A stretch of DNA of 64,000 nt from an uncultured virus (IMG/VR IMGVR_UViG_3300024255_000019) (Duplodnaviria; Heunggongvirae; Uroviricota; Caudoviricetes): IMG/VR virus record IMGVR_UViG_3300024255_000019; one strand, written 5' to 3'. A model generated the notes under the pieces. That model saw only the letters and a program-made list of their open reading frames with translations, was not told where the DNA came from and ran no database searches. The first letter of the stretch is position 1; every line of letters begins with the position of its first letter. The position numbers and the translations under genes are program-made. Below, piece by piece: positions 7,717 through 17,193 of this stretch.

Positions 7717-9507
7717 CTATCCTTGACATGCTGCGCATTCATCTTGGTCTTCCTCTTGTCCGTGACTAAATCTAACTGCGTCTGGGTTAATAATGTCATC
7801 TAATTTTTCACGTTCGACTTTCTGCGATACGTTTTCGGCTTTGTTAGATGTTTCTGTTCTTAAATAATATAGTCCTTTTGTTCCTTGTCTCCAAGCTTCA
7901 TAATGGACTTTATGAAGAGTTGCTTTATCTGCTCCTGCAGGGAAGAATATGTTGAGAGATTGTCCTTGGCATAGGTACTTCTGTCTGTCTCCTGCTAGTC
8001 TGATAAGAGCTAACTGATTTAATTCAATTGCGGTTAAAAATACCTCTTTAACACGAGGGCTTAAAAAATCCAAATGTTGTACGCTGCCGCCATTTGTAAT
8101 GACTGACGACCAAACTTCATCGGTATTTTTATTAATAGCTTCCAATTCTCTTTCGAGGTATGGATTTTTATTTAAGTGACTTCCCACCCTTGTTCTTGAA
8201 GTAAATGCATTAGCTTTCCAAGGCTCGATGCTTGGTGAAGTATTTACAATCATAGAACTGTTTGCATTTGGAGCGATTGCTAACATATGAGCATTACGAC
8301 GGCCAGTTCCTACCATATCTGGAGCTTCACCTCGTTGTTTACCCATAGTCATAGTTGCTTCAAGTGACTTTGTTTTAATGTCTTTAAATATAATTTCGTT
8401 AATCGCTACAGCTTCATCACTATCAAAAGGTATTAAATGTTTTTGGAAGTATGAATGTAATCCCATAGCTCCTAAACCGAGTGACCTTTCCTGTGTTGCA
8501 CTATAACGAGCTTTACTAATCTCATCACCAGCATTATCAATAAAGAATTGTAATACATTATCTAAAAATACAATAAGGTCTTTTACCATACTTGTATCTT
8601 TCCATTCGTCATACATTTCTAAATTAACAGATGATAAACAACATACTGCTGTCCTATCTTCATCGGTGACAAGATGAATTTCGTTACATAGATTCGACCC
8701 CTTAATAGTCATTCCCATTGCTTTTTGAGCATCAGGTAATGCACGGTTTGCTGTGTCAATGAAATTTAAGTAAGGCTCACCTGTACGATATCTTGTTTCT
8801 AAAATGAGTTCCCATAACCTTCTTGCCTTAATCGTTTCTCTGACTGAACGATCATTAGGGTCTAGAAGGTTCCAGTCTGTACCAGCTTCAACGGCTTTCA
8901 TAAAGTCATCTGTTATATTGACAGCGTGATGTAGGTTCAGATTTTTACGGTTAACATCACCAGTAGGAATTCTCATATTAATAAATTCAATAATGTCTGG
9001 ATGGTCACAATCCATATAAGCTGCATAAGAACCTTTACGAGTTCGTCCTTGTCGGTATGCAACCATATCTGCGTCAACAGTATGTAGGAATGGCATAGGA
9101 CCTGGAGCTTTATTTGATACTGCTCTGATCGCTGACCAATGACCACCAACTCCACCACCTTTTACTGATAACCATCTTAACTCATTTGTATGCTCAATTA
9201 AACCATCAAGAGTATCTGGCACATAGCTTAGGAAACAAGAAATCGGTAATGCTTTTACTTTTTCACCTTTTATTATAGCATTTGACAATACTGGAGATGA
9301 GTACATAAAATATCCCTTAGAAACATACTCATATATTCGTTGTGCTAATTTATTATTACCACCACTAAAACAAGCTGCTGCACGAGCAAATGCTTGTTGA
9401 GGTGACTTCTCATCTTCTCTACAGTAATAGTCTTGTAATAATTTAAGTGATTGTTCTGATAATATTTTGTTACGTTTATTGTCGATTTCTATGCCACAAT
9501 ATTGCAT
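7717..9507 (-). CDS. nrdA: ribonucleotide reductase class I alpha subunit (no ATP cone)
   Basis: PISCF, SNLCNEI, IAPNANSS, LYYLRT and C-terminal CAAC. Confidence 0.96.
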   Translation of the reverse strand: MQYCGIEIDNKRNKILSEQSLKLLQDYYCREDEKSPQQAFARAAACFSGGNNKLAQRIYEYVSKGYFMYSSPVLSNAIIKGEKVKALPISCFLSYVPDTLDGLIEHTNELRWLSVKGGGVGGHWSAIRAVSNKAPGPMPFLHTVDADMVAYRQGRTRKGSYAAYMDCDHPDIIEFINMRIPTGDVNRKNLNLHHAVNITDDFMKAVEAGTDWNLLDPNDRSVRETIKARRLWELILETRYRTGEPYLNFIDTANRALPDAQKAMGMTIKGSNLCNEIHLVTDEDRTAVCCLSSVNLEMYDEWKDTSMVKDLIVFLDNVLQFFIDNAGDEISKARYSATQERSLGLGAMGLHSYFQKHLIPFDSDEAVAINEIIFKDIKTKSLEATMTMGKQRGEAPDMVGTGRRNAHMLAIAPNANSSMIVNTSPSIEPWKANAFTSRTRVGSHLNKNPYLERELEAINKNTDEVWSSVITNGGSVQHLDFLSPRVKEVFLTAIELNQLALIRLAGDRQKYLCQGQSLNIFFPAGADKATLHKVHYEAWRQGTKGLYYLRTETSNKAENVSQKVEREKLDDIINPDAVRFSHGQEEDQDECAACQG

Positions 9508-9570
9508 ACTACTCTCCTAGTTATATTTTTGTTTTCGCGAAGGAATTGAAAGGTGGATAAGAGAAGAGTG

Positions 9571-10593
9571 TCATGTCGATTTTTTCCAAAAAGTGAATTT
9601 CATCTTTGCTTCGAGTCCCTTATAAACGTTATTTCTAATTGTTTCTTCAATATTTTTATGGCCATTAAGGACCATCTCATTAATGTCTTTTCCTGGTAAA
9701 TCATTTGGCCATATACAGATTGAATATCCTTGGTCAATGATTTTTTCCATTCTTTTGTGAATCTCTTTATTACGAGGTTCAGCGTCAAAAACGAATACAG
9801 CGTTTTTGTTTGCATTGTCTAAAGCTTCGGTATTTCCATCTGCACCTGCCATGGCCACCGCATTCTTTAAAAACATACAATCTAGAGCTCCTTCAACCAC
9901 AAAGTATTGCTGGTTAAAGTCGACAACGTCAAGGCCGAAAACCTTCGGTCTATCCTCGAACATAATTGTAATGTATCGCAGACTAGAGTCTGGTTTAAAA
10001 CATCTAGCCGATACTCCAAATATTTTCTTCTGTTTATCGAAGAATGGAATTACCAAACGAGGTTCGTCCTTATCAGTATTAGCAAACTTATCGGGTATAA
10101 TAGTATTAACCCAAGTTTTAAATTTTGGGGTGTAAAATAGTCGATAATGTTGCTCTGAAGGAATTACCCTCTTTTGTATATATATTTTAGCAAAATGGTT
10201 GTAGTCCAACTGAGACACTTTTTTTATACTTTTTATTGCATCTTTACTTGAAAATTTTGGTGCCTCAAACTTAGTCTTTTCCAACACTGACTTGCCGTCA
10301 TCTTTCTTTGCTTTATTAATAAATTTATCTGATAGGTAATCTTTAAATGCAAGAGGGTCGACTAACTTAAGAAAGTAGGAAAAGGAATGACTTGCACCAC
10401 AATTGTGACAATAATAGTGTAAGTTGTTGTCTTTCTCAAGTAGCCAACCCCTTGCTTTTGTACGAGACTTTTGGCTGTCACCACATAATGGGCAACGGAA
10501 GTTGATACGGTATGGATTTGTACGTGTGACTTTGAATCTCTCCATGCGACCGGCAAGAGATTGTGCGTATTGTACGTCAACGAAATCTATCAT
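9571..10593 (-). CDS. gp61: DNA primase (gp61)
   Basis: RCPLCGDS...YYCHNC zinc ribbon; VVEGALDCMFL TOPRIM motif. Confidence 0.95.
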   Translation of the reverse strand: MIDFVDVQYAQSLAGRMERFKVTRTNPYRINFRCPLCGDSQKSRTKARGWLLEKDNNLHYYCHNCGASHSFSYFLKLVDPLAFKDYLSDKFINKAKKDDGKSVLEKTKFEAPKFSSKDAIKSIKKVSQLDYNHFAKIYIQKRVIPSEQHYRLFYTPKFKTWVNTIIPDKFANTDKDEPRLVIPFFDKQKKIFGVSARCFKPDSSLRYITIMFEDRPKVFGLDVVDFNQQYFVVEGALDCMFLKNAVAMAGADGNTEALDNANKNAVFVFDAEPRNKEIHKRMEKIIDQGYSICIWPNDLPGKDINEMVLNGHKNIEETIRNNVYKGLEAKMKFTFWKKST

Positions 10594-10632
10594 AATAAAA
10601 GTATAAGTCTGTCTGTTTAATTAATTAGGGAT

Positions 10633-10661
10633 ATTATAACAGGTTTGGTTGGATTTGTCAA
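10633..10661 (-). promoter_or_regulatory. sigma70-type promoter for gp61-nrdAB-hemA
   Basis: TTGACA (10661-10656), 17 bp, TATAAT (10638-10633). Confidence 0.85.
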
Positions 10662-10664
10662 CCA

Positions 10665-11192
10665 TTATTTACCAGACATCATGTCAATGAATAAGTTGGC
10701 TCCAGCTGTAACAATTGCTACGGCTCCTAATAACCAGTATTTTAGATTTTCTAGAGAACGAATTCTTTGGTCATTCTCATCTATCTTTAAAGACAATTCT
10801 TTGGTGAGCGTATTAATTGCAGTCATTGTACGGTCTGCTCGCTCTTCCATCCATTCTCTTTGTTTTAAATTATATTCTGTATGTGCCACCTGAGCACTTT
10901 TCATACCATCAGTCATAGCTCCTTGGAATTTTAACTTATGGTCATCTAATTCTTCTTTAAAAGCGAAACGAGCTTCTATATTAATGCGAGCTTGTGTATC
11001 TGCTTTATCTTCTATAGATACTAACTTAGAATCAAAAGTTTCTAAGACTTTTTGTTGCACAGCTATATCTTGAGCCAAAGAGACCATTTGGTCCATTGCT
11101 TCATCAACTTTATCAAAAAATCTTTCGATTTGCTTGATGTCGTTTTTAATTAATGCTATGTCTGTGTTTACACGATTGAGTTCGTCTGACAC
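10665..11192 (-). CDS. coiled-coil protein with C-terminal TM helix
   Basis: GTG start with GGAG RBS; heptad pattern; hydrophobic C-terminus. Confidence 0.75.
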   Translation of the reverse strand: MSDELNRVNTDIALIKNDIKQIERFFDKVDEAMDQMVSLAQDIAVQQKVLETFDSKLVSIEDKADTQARINIEARFAFKEELDDHKLKFQGAMTDGMKSAQVAHTEYNLKQREWMEERADRTMTAINTLTKELSLKIDENDQRIRSLENLKYWLLGAVAIVTAGANLFIDMMSGK

Positions 11193-11215
11193 CTGTCTGC
11201 TCCATTTAATTGGTT

Positions 11216-11256
11216 ATTATAACATAACAAAGAGGATTTGTCAAATATTATTTATA
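11216..11256 (-). promoter_or_regulatory. early promoter plus T4 late promoter
   Basis: TTGACA (11244-11239), 17 bp, TATAAT (11221-11216); TATAAATA at 11256-11249. Confidence 0.75.
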
Positions 11257-11320
11257 AGGTAATCGGTAAAATATCGAATTAAATAAAATATTTATTCGTG
11301 GGTCGGTGGTGAGAAGTGGT

Positions 11321-11854
11321 CTACTGGTCAACTGGTTTTGACTTGGTTGCCTTTTCTTCTTTGTCATTAGTGGTTACCTTACGATAATAAACAATGACTT
11401 CTCCTAACTCTCTGATATACCTACGGAGCTCTTGGAAATTTGCCGTCATTATTTCATAGTCTTTTACCGTAGTTGCTACGAAAACTATGTCACCACCTTG
11501 TGCGATCTTGTTCTCATCAAGGAATCTATCGAGATATGTATAGCCGACTGGCCATGTTGGATTCTCTCTATCCTCTAAATCACAAGCTTTAGGACGTTTG
11601 AGTTGCTCTTCGCCCTTATCGTTGAATCTTGGTGGTTCGTATTGTATTGACTTTTTACAAGGATTTGTAATTACAGCTTCAGATACAACTTTCATCTGAA
11701 CTTCTGATAAACCTATTGGTCTAGGCAGTTCAGGTTGGATAATATTGATAGGAACAGGTTTACTGACTATCTCTATTGGCTTTTGAGGTAATAACGAACA
11801 ACCACTAGCTACCGTCGTTATCAGTAGCGCTAACACTAAGGTTCTTGCTATCAT
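11321..11854 (-). CDS. putative outer-membrane spanin (lipoprotein)
   Basis: Lipobox VASGC, Pro-rich, overlaps the i-spanin-like gene, close to the lysozyme. Confidence 0.65.
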   Translation of the reverse strand: MIARTLVLALLITTVASGCSLLPQKPIEIVSKPVPINIIQPELPRPIGLSEVQMKVVSEAVITNPCKKSIQYEPPRFNDKGEEQLKRPKACDLEDRENPTWPVGYTYLDRFLDENKIAQGGDIVFVATTVKDYEIMTANFQELRRYIRELGEVIVYYRKVTTNDKEEKATKSKPVDQ

Positions 11855-12188
11855 TCTCTATCTCCTCAAATACTGCTGCTGTACCTTTATTAATGCGAAG
11901 TTCAATTAAACCAGGTTTTTTAATTGCTAATAAATTGAGATTATGTCTTTTAAATATCTCAAGATATCGCTCTTTTTCTGCTTCAATCACAGCGTTAGCT
12001 CTTGACATATTATTAAGAGCTTCACCTTGTTTTTCGTATGATTCTCTAATAGCTTCTATCGCTTGCTTTTGTTCTTCAACAGCAACCTCTAGTTTCGCAT
12101 TATTTCCTATTAGAGTTTGGTTTTGGTCAAATAAGTAATAGCATGAACCACCAAGCAGTAATAATGCGCCTAATAGTATCTGATACAT
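11805..12188 (-). CDS. putative inner-membrane spanin
   Basis: N-terminal TM followed by a long coiled coil. Confidence 0.65.
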   Translation of the reverse strand: MYQILLGALLLLGGSCYYLFDQNQTLIGNNAKLEVAVEEQKQAIEAIRESYEKQGEALNNMSRANAVIEAEKERYLEIFKRHNLNLLAIKKPGLIELRINKGTAAVFEEIENDSKNLSVSATDNDGS

Positions 12189-12401
12189 TTACTCTTCCTC
12201 AATTCTATAAAATAAACCACTAGCTGACCGTACAGATATCAGCTTCTTTTCTGCAGTTATAAAAACTAGTTCTTTCCAATTGCTTTTCTTAATTTTCCGT
12301 ACGCCATGGAAAGTTTTATCATCAAGGTTTCCAAACTTGGTGTCGTAAGATACCGTTACGGTATATCTCTTACTAAACCAAGATAGAATCCATTCCCGCA
12401 C
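12189..12401 (-). CDS. hypothetical protein
   Basis: GTG-start ORF, operon-packed. Confidence 0.65.
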   Translation of the reverse strand: MREWILSWFSKRYTVTVSYDTKFGNLDDKTFHGVRKIKKSNWKELVFITAEKKLISVRSASGLFYRIEEE

Positions 12402-12405
12402 GGTA

Positions 12406-12765
12406 TTAACCGCCGCAGTTAGATGCGTATAACTCGTTAGCTACTTTAGATGTGCAACCGTATTTTTCTTTAACAGCATTTACACAGTCAGCTTTTGACT
12501 CACCGTCTGCATGTCTTTTCTTTAATTCAGCAACACAAGCTTTTTCGTCAAACTCTTCTTCTTCTTCGCCGTCGTCATCTGAATCATCTTCATCTTCTTC
12601 GACTAAGTCAGTTTCTTCAGAAACAACTTCTTCTTCAGTAGTCATTTCTTTGTACTTTTCTTCAAGAGCTGTACGAATACGTGCATTCATTTCGTCTTCG
12701 AATGCTTCTTTCAGCTTAAGCGGATTGTTGTCAATTGCTTCAGCTATAATTTTCTCAATAGACAT
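12406..12765 (-). CDS. prohead core protein-like (gp67-like)
   Basis: IIAEAIDNNPLKLKEAFEDEMNARI plus an acidic tract resembles T4 gp67 architecture. Confidence 0.55.
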   Translation of the reverse strand: MSIEKIIAEAIDNNPLKLKEAFEDEMNARIRTALEEKYKEMTTEEEVVSEETDLVEEDEDDSDDDGEEEEEFDEKACVAELKKRHADGESKADCVNAVKEKYGCTSKVANELYASNCGG

Positions 12766-12805
12766 TTCTATTTTCTCCTTAAGGTTTAAATCTTAATTAT
12801 ATTTA

Positions 12806-13261
12806 TTAAACTTCTTCCATTCTAACCATCAAGCGCTCTGCTCGATTGGTCACTTGTTTATGCCATCTACTATCACGGCCTTCGACTGCAGCTTCAGCCC
12901 AGTCACCTTTTAGTAAAGCAGCATTAAATTTTTTGAACTTACTCAAACGAGTTCGTCCCATGTTAAACATCATATTAACAAGAATCTCTTGAACTTCACC
13001 AGGGAAATCATCAAATGATTCCTCAGTATATAGTGCATGACACTCGCTTATAGCGATTTCTAAATCCTTATCAAAACAATCTTTGACTCTGTCTTCGTTA
13101 ACTGGAGTACCAACTTCTTCACCATGCTCTGGGTCTGAATCTAATACTAAATGACCTACACCAAATGTAGGATAGCCGAGATGGTCTTTGTATACTTCAT
13201 ATACAACACCTTCGTCTATTTTCAGTTGTTCAAAAACGTTATCTTTATTTTCTTGTTTCAT
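12806..13261 (-). CDS. T4-type lysozyme (GH24 endolysin)
   Basis: DEG...YKDHLGYPTFGVGHL catalytic motif; NMMFNMG; SRWHKQVTNRA. Confidence 0.92.
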   Translation of the reverse strand: MKQENKDNVFEQLKIDEGVVYEVYKDHLGYPTFGVGHLVLDSDPEHGEEVGTPVNEDRVKDCFDKDLEIAISECHALYTEESFDDFPGEVQEILVNMMFNMGRTRLSKFKKFNAALLKGDWAEAAVEGRDSRWHKQVTNRAERLMVRMEEV

Positions 13262-13270
13262 ATTTTATTC

Positions 13271-13639
13271 CTATGCAGGGTTCGTACTAAAGTCGTAAAC
13301 AGCTGTACCTTGTGACAAATATAATGTTTCGTCTAGTTTGGTCTCAGCATAACTAATCATGTCTGCTGCTGCTTCATCTCCACCGAGATTAGTATGTGCC
13401 CAATTAATAATTTCTGTTTGTGTTGTCGTTCCGTCAATAGTAATATAGTTTTCTGCTGCTAAGTCTTCGGAACTTAAAACACTTTGTTGTAATAACTCTA
13501 CAACTGTATCTGGATTTTGCCCTATGACATCATCAAATACAATAATTTTATAATTTACTGACTTAACAACATTAGTATCGCTATTATAAGTTGGTAATAC
13601 TTTAATATCAATTAATTGCTTAGAGGTTGTCTTAGCCAT
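13271..13639 (-). CDS. hypothetical (possibly virion) protein
   Basis: Start moved to MAKTTSKQ. Confidence 0.65.
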   Translation of the reverse strand: MAKTTSKQLIDIKVLPTYNSDTNVVKSVNYKIIVFDDVIGQNPDTVVELLQQSVLSSEDLAAENYITIDGTTTQTEIINWAHTNLGGDEAAADMISYAETKLDETLYLSQGTAVYDFSTNPA

Positions 13640-14159
13640 TTTCTTTTGCAAAATCTTTAATAGTTTTACGCCTATGTTTCTTTTGAGCCTTTTTGGAAAC
13701 ACCTGGTTCCCCTTGAGCTCCAACACCAAGTCCTGCAATTGCTCCACCACCTACAGAAGTCATTTCGTCCTTCTCAGTAGCTTCAATAATATCAGCCCAC
13801 TCTTCAATGAATCGTGCTTCTGATTCTGCAATATACTCTTCAACTAACATATCATTACTTTCTGATAATAATGTATCAGACTCTAATGCGGTTTGTTCTT
13901 TGACTAACCATAATGCAGCTGCATAACTTGCAAGTTTTGTTTGACCGCCTGGTAGTTTTGCTAGTAACTTTTTAACATTACCAACTAATTGGTCGAATAC
14001 ACCAAAAGCGTTGCTCTGTTCTCTCTTAGTAAAATCTTTACGGCGAATAATAATGTCACCGTTTTTATCGATAATTCCTAATTTATAAGCTGGCCATTTT
14101 GTAAAAGGCGTAACGAGCTTTTTAATAAATTGAAATACTAAAAATAAGTCTACTACCAT
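13632..14159 (-). CDS. conserved T4-like hypothetical protein
   Basis: TPFTKWPAYKLGIIDKNG motif, recognised from T4-like phages. Confidence 0.75.
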   Translation of the reverse strand: MVVDLFLVFQFIKKLVTPFTKWPAYKLGIIDKNGDIIIRRKDFTKREQSNAFGVFDQLVGNVKKLLAKLPGGQTKLASYAAALWLVKEQTALESDTLLSESNDMLVEEYIAESEARFIEEWADIIEATEKDEMTSVGGGAIAGLGVGAQGEPGVSKKAQKKHRRKTIKDFAKENG

Positions 14160-14534
14160 TTAAATTTCCTTGAGCTTCTGTTCTATAAATATGTCACCAA
14201 CAATACTATTTTGATTTATAATCTTTTCATCATATTGTAATACATGTGGCATATAATTTAAATATTCCACAAAGGGTTTGAGATAACTGTGAAATTCATG
14301 CAGCTTTAAAAAGAGCATGTTCGTCGCATCTACCCCAAACACATTGTATATTACAATCATGTGGTTCAGTATCAACCTTTCCTTTAAATCATTATCTTGC
14401 CTATAACGACTGAAGAGTTTGCGGAGATATTGAAATCTCTTCATATCCTCTTCGAACTCTGACATATCCGTACATTGTGGATTGTCATAGTATTTCATCG
14501 CATAAAGCAGAAAGGTTGATTCCGTTAAATTCAT
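14160..14534 (-). CDS. conserved T4-like hypothetical protein
   Basis: YDNPQC...EFEEDMKRFQYLRKLF...LILNH motif. Confidence 0.8.
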   Translation of the reverse strand: MNLTESTFLLYAMKYYDNPQCTDMSEFEEDMKRFQYLRKLFSRYRQDNDLKERLILNHMIVIYNVFGVDATNMLFLKLHEFHSYLKPFVEYLNYMPHVLQYDEKIINQNSIVGDIFIEQKLKEI

Positions 14535-14571
14535 ATTATAAAAAATTATTTATTGTTAATAAAACTATTTA

Positions 14572-14883
14572 TTAGCTATCGGCTGCAACCGAGTCGTCAC
14601 CTGTTCCACTTACACCTAAGTCACCAGCAGCAACCGCAGTAACTTTCATTACGCATAAAGGTTCAGCAATGTGTCTTGTACGGCCATCGGCAGTAGTATA
14701 AGTGTTATAAAGATTCCAACCAGGCGTTTTAAGGCCCTTAGCTCTGTTAGCTGTAACACCTGCTTCTGTCAAGTCAACGAATACTCCGTTGTCTTTATCA
14801 TTAGACTTATTAGTGTTGTTAGCATCGGCAGATAGCCACGTAGGCGCGTCGGCCGCTGTGTCTGTTTTTCCCCATAGTGCCAT
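14572..14883 (-). CDS. small virion-type protein (MALWG N-terminus)
   Basis: MALWGKTD...GLKTPGW motif; strong RBS. Confidence 0.7.
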   Translation of the reverse strand: MALWGKTDTAADAPTWLSADANNTNKSNDKDNGVFVDLTEAGVTANRAKGLKTPGWNLYNTYTTADGRTRHIAEPLCVMKVTAVAAGDLGVSGTGDDSVAADS

Positions 14884-14950
14884 GTTATTCTCCTGTTATA
14901 TTTAACGTTAAGTTATAACAAAAATTGCATTCAATGTTTCTATTTAGAAA

Positions 14951-15217
14951 CTACTTAATGTGCGTATAGACTTCGTCTATTAAATCGGCTTTCTTCTTAC
15001 GCTTATCAAGCTCTAGCCCGATTTCACGTCCCTTCTCTTCCAACTGAGCTTTAGTTAATTTATTTAACTGAGCTTTTGTTGTCTTAGCAGGTTTAGAAAC
15101 TGCTTTTGCAGCTACTGTCTTTTTAGGACCTTTCGCAACTGCTGCCTTAAGGCTGTTTTGTTCAGCTGGTTTTTCAGCTCCAAATAGGCTCTTTAGCCAT
15201 TCGATTAATTTTCTCAT
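14951..15217 (-). CDS. basic protein with Rho-N/HeH-like C-terminal domain
   Basis: LNKLTKAQLEEKGREIGLELDKRKKKADLI. Confidence 0.7.
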   Translation of the reverse strand: MRKLIEWLKSLFGAEKPAEQNSLKAAVAKGPKKTVAAKAVSKPAKTTKAQLNKLTKAQLEEKGREIGLELDKRKKKADLIDEVYTHIK

Positions 15218-15268
15218 AATATCCTCCATAGATATATTTTTTCAATCATATTAATTATATATACAAAT

Positions 15269-15937
15269 TTATTGAGGTGTTGGCTTACGCAAAATACTGT
15301 CTTTCTCAGAGTTGCTAATATCTTTAGCTTTATCTCTGAAGCGTTGACCAATACCATAAGGCATTTTTTCATAAGCAGCTCTACCACCAGCTAATGCAAT
15401 TGCAATTCTGTGATAATCGTACGATGAATAACCATCGGCGCCTTTTGTTAATCCACCTTTAATATGTTCTTGTTTAGAAGCTTTTGCCATTTCTTTCAAT
15501 TTGTCTTTATTCATTGTCTTAGCAATAGCAGCTCTTTTCTTCTTAAGGTATTCATCAGAAGAATCTGAATCTCCATCATTGTCGATGTCGTCGTCTTCTT
15601 TACCGACAGCATCCATTTTATCTTCTTTTTTAGCTTCTTCTAAATCTGCTGATTCGAATTGACAACCAGGTCCACCAATCAAATCTGATTGGAAGTCACT
15701 GATTTTATCTCCTTCAGCTCCTAAATATTTCTTTGCGTAACTTACGATTGCTTTTTCATCGCCGGTTAAAACTACAGATGCTCCAGGATTACAATCCCCA
15801 ACCTTCTTCATTTTAAATCCAGCTTTATCAGCAATTTTACCTGTAAAGTTACTAACTTTTAATGAAGCTTCACTTAAACCTAAAGACTGGTCAACAGCTT
15901 CAGTAAGTTTTGCTTCAATAGTATTTCTAAATGACAT
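15269..15937 (-). CDS. putative internal head protein
   Basis: Repeated LxE-A sites; DIDNDGDSDSSDEYL EF-hand-like motif. Confidence 0.65.
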   Translation of the reverse strand: MSFRNTIEAKLTEAVDQSLGLSEASLKVSNFTGKIADKAGFKMKKVGDCNPGASVVLTGDEKAIVSYAKKYLGAEGDKISDFQSDLIGGPGCQFESADLEEAKKEDKMDAVGKEDDDIDNDGDSDSSDEYLKKKRAAIAKTMNKDKLKEMAKASKQEHIKGGLTKGADGYSSYDYHRIAIALAGGRAAYEKMPYGIGQRFRDKAKDISNSEKDSILRKPTPQ

Positions 15938-15960
15938 TTCAGTCTCCTTTAAAATTTATT

Positions 15961-16215
15961 CTATATGTTTCTATTTATTCTAATTTTTAAATCATTAATA
16001 CCTTTAATGATTCTGTGATACTCACCTGCTTTAATTTCAAAACTTAAACCAGGTTTTAATAAAAATGGTAAAGCATTATCAGCTTGAAATTGCCAACCAT
16101 CACCTTCAAGTATCTCTATAATTCTGTCTTCGTTATCTCTATGCCAAACGAACTCTTCGTCTAGTGCATTTATATCAAAGGTACGAATACCACCATCATC
16201 AATATATGGATTCAT
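15961..16215 (-). CDS. cupin-like protein
   Basis: WHRDNEDR...EGDGW...GEYHRIIKG. Confidence 0.7.
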   Translation of the reverse strand: MNPYIDDGGIRTFDINALDEEFVWHRDNEDRIIEILEGDGWQFQADNALPFLLKPGLSFEIKAGEYHRIIKGINDLKIRINRNI

Positions 16216-16218
16216 TTA

Positions 16219-16437
16219 TTAACTTAATAAACCAGCTACTGCTTTGATCGCATCAATAATTTTTTCAGCTTTAATCTTGTTATCTTCTAAAGTTAAATCA
16301 GATTCAATTTTAGATATATCAGCAATATCTTCAACTAATTCTTTAAATTCTTCTATTGTAATATCACCAGATTCTTTTAAAGAAGTTAATTGTTCTATTT
16401 GCTTTAAAGCATCCTTTTCAAAATTTTCTAAACTCAT
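16219..16437 (-). CDS. hypothetical protein (SHOCT-like)
   Basis: LTSLKESGDITIEEF. Confidence 0.65.
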   Translation of the reverse strand: MSLENFEKDALKQIEQLTSLKESGDITIEEFKELVEDIADISKIESDLTLEDNKIKAEKIIDAIKAVAGLLS

Positions 16438-16820
16438 TTACGGTCTCCAAAAACACTTAATACATCATCAGTTATATTATGTATATTAGTTCGTTTAATT
16501 CTACAATATGCTTGACTTGGTTCTTCTTTATTTACTAATTCTTCTGTAAGACCGTGTAATCCTTTATATATCTCTGTGATATTATCATTTAAACGATTTT
16601 CAGCATATGTAACTAAATATTTAGCTCTATAGTTCATTTGATTTACTGTTGATTTTTTGCACCAATCTTCTTGAGGCATATTAGAGATTACTTTTAATTC
16701 TACTAATTTACCATATTCAACGTTATCAAATTCACTTGGTAAATATTTACCAATAGATGAACAACCTGCTATTGCAAGTGCTAATATAATGATTAAAACT
16801 ATATCTTTAAATTTTACCAA
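16434..16820 (-). CDS. lipoprotein
   Basis: Signal peptide with lipobox IAGC. Confidence 0.7.
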   Translation of the reverse strand: MVKFKDIVLIIILALAIAGCSSIGKYLPSEFDNVEYGKLVELKVISNMPQEDWCKKSTVNQMNYRAKYLVTYAENRLNDNITEIYKGLHGLTEELVNKEEPSQAYCRIKRTNIHNITDDVLSVFGDRK

Positions 16821-17191
16821 AAGTAGTTTCCTCCACCTTTCAATCCGAGGCTCTTTGCATGTTTAGGTAATCTGCAAGCCCAATAACCAGCTTTTGTTTT
16901 ATCTTTTTTCATGTCACAGTTATGTCGTGCTGCAAAAGAATTAGCTGCATCTCTATCATTAATCTTAGAAGTAAGTCCACCTTTAACATCGCCAAAGTTT
17001 ATCTTTTTGACATTACCAGTTTTAGGGTCTTTAACATAGACCACATATTTAGTAGGACCACCTGATCGCTTAGGTTTATTAATTTCTGGGTCGGAGTCTT
17101 CCTCAAACTCAAGCATTGGTTGCTCGAGAGGTACTGTAACTCCTTCGTATAAACCGAAGTTCTCTTCTATATAATTATTAAACTTTTTCAA
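16814..17191 (-). CDS. putative internal head protein, conserved viral domain
   Basis: MKKFNNYIEE N-terminus; KINFGD...ARHNC...AGYWACR. Confidence 0.75.
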   Translation of the reverse strand: MKKFNNYIEENFGLYEGVTVPLEQPMLEFEEDSDPEINKPKRSGGPTKYVVYVKDPKTGNVKKINFGDVKGGLTSKINDRDAANSFAARHNCDMKKDKTKAGYWACRLPKHAKSLGLKGGGNYFW

Positions 17192-17193
17192 TA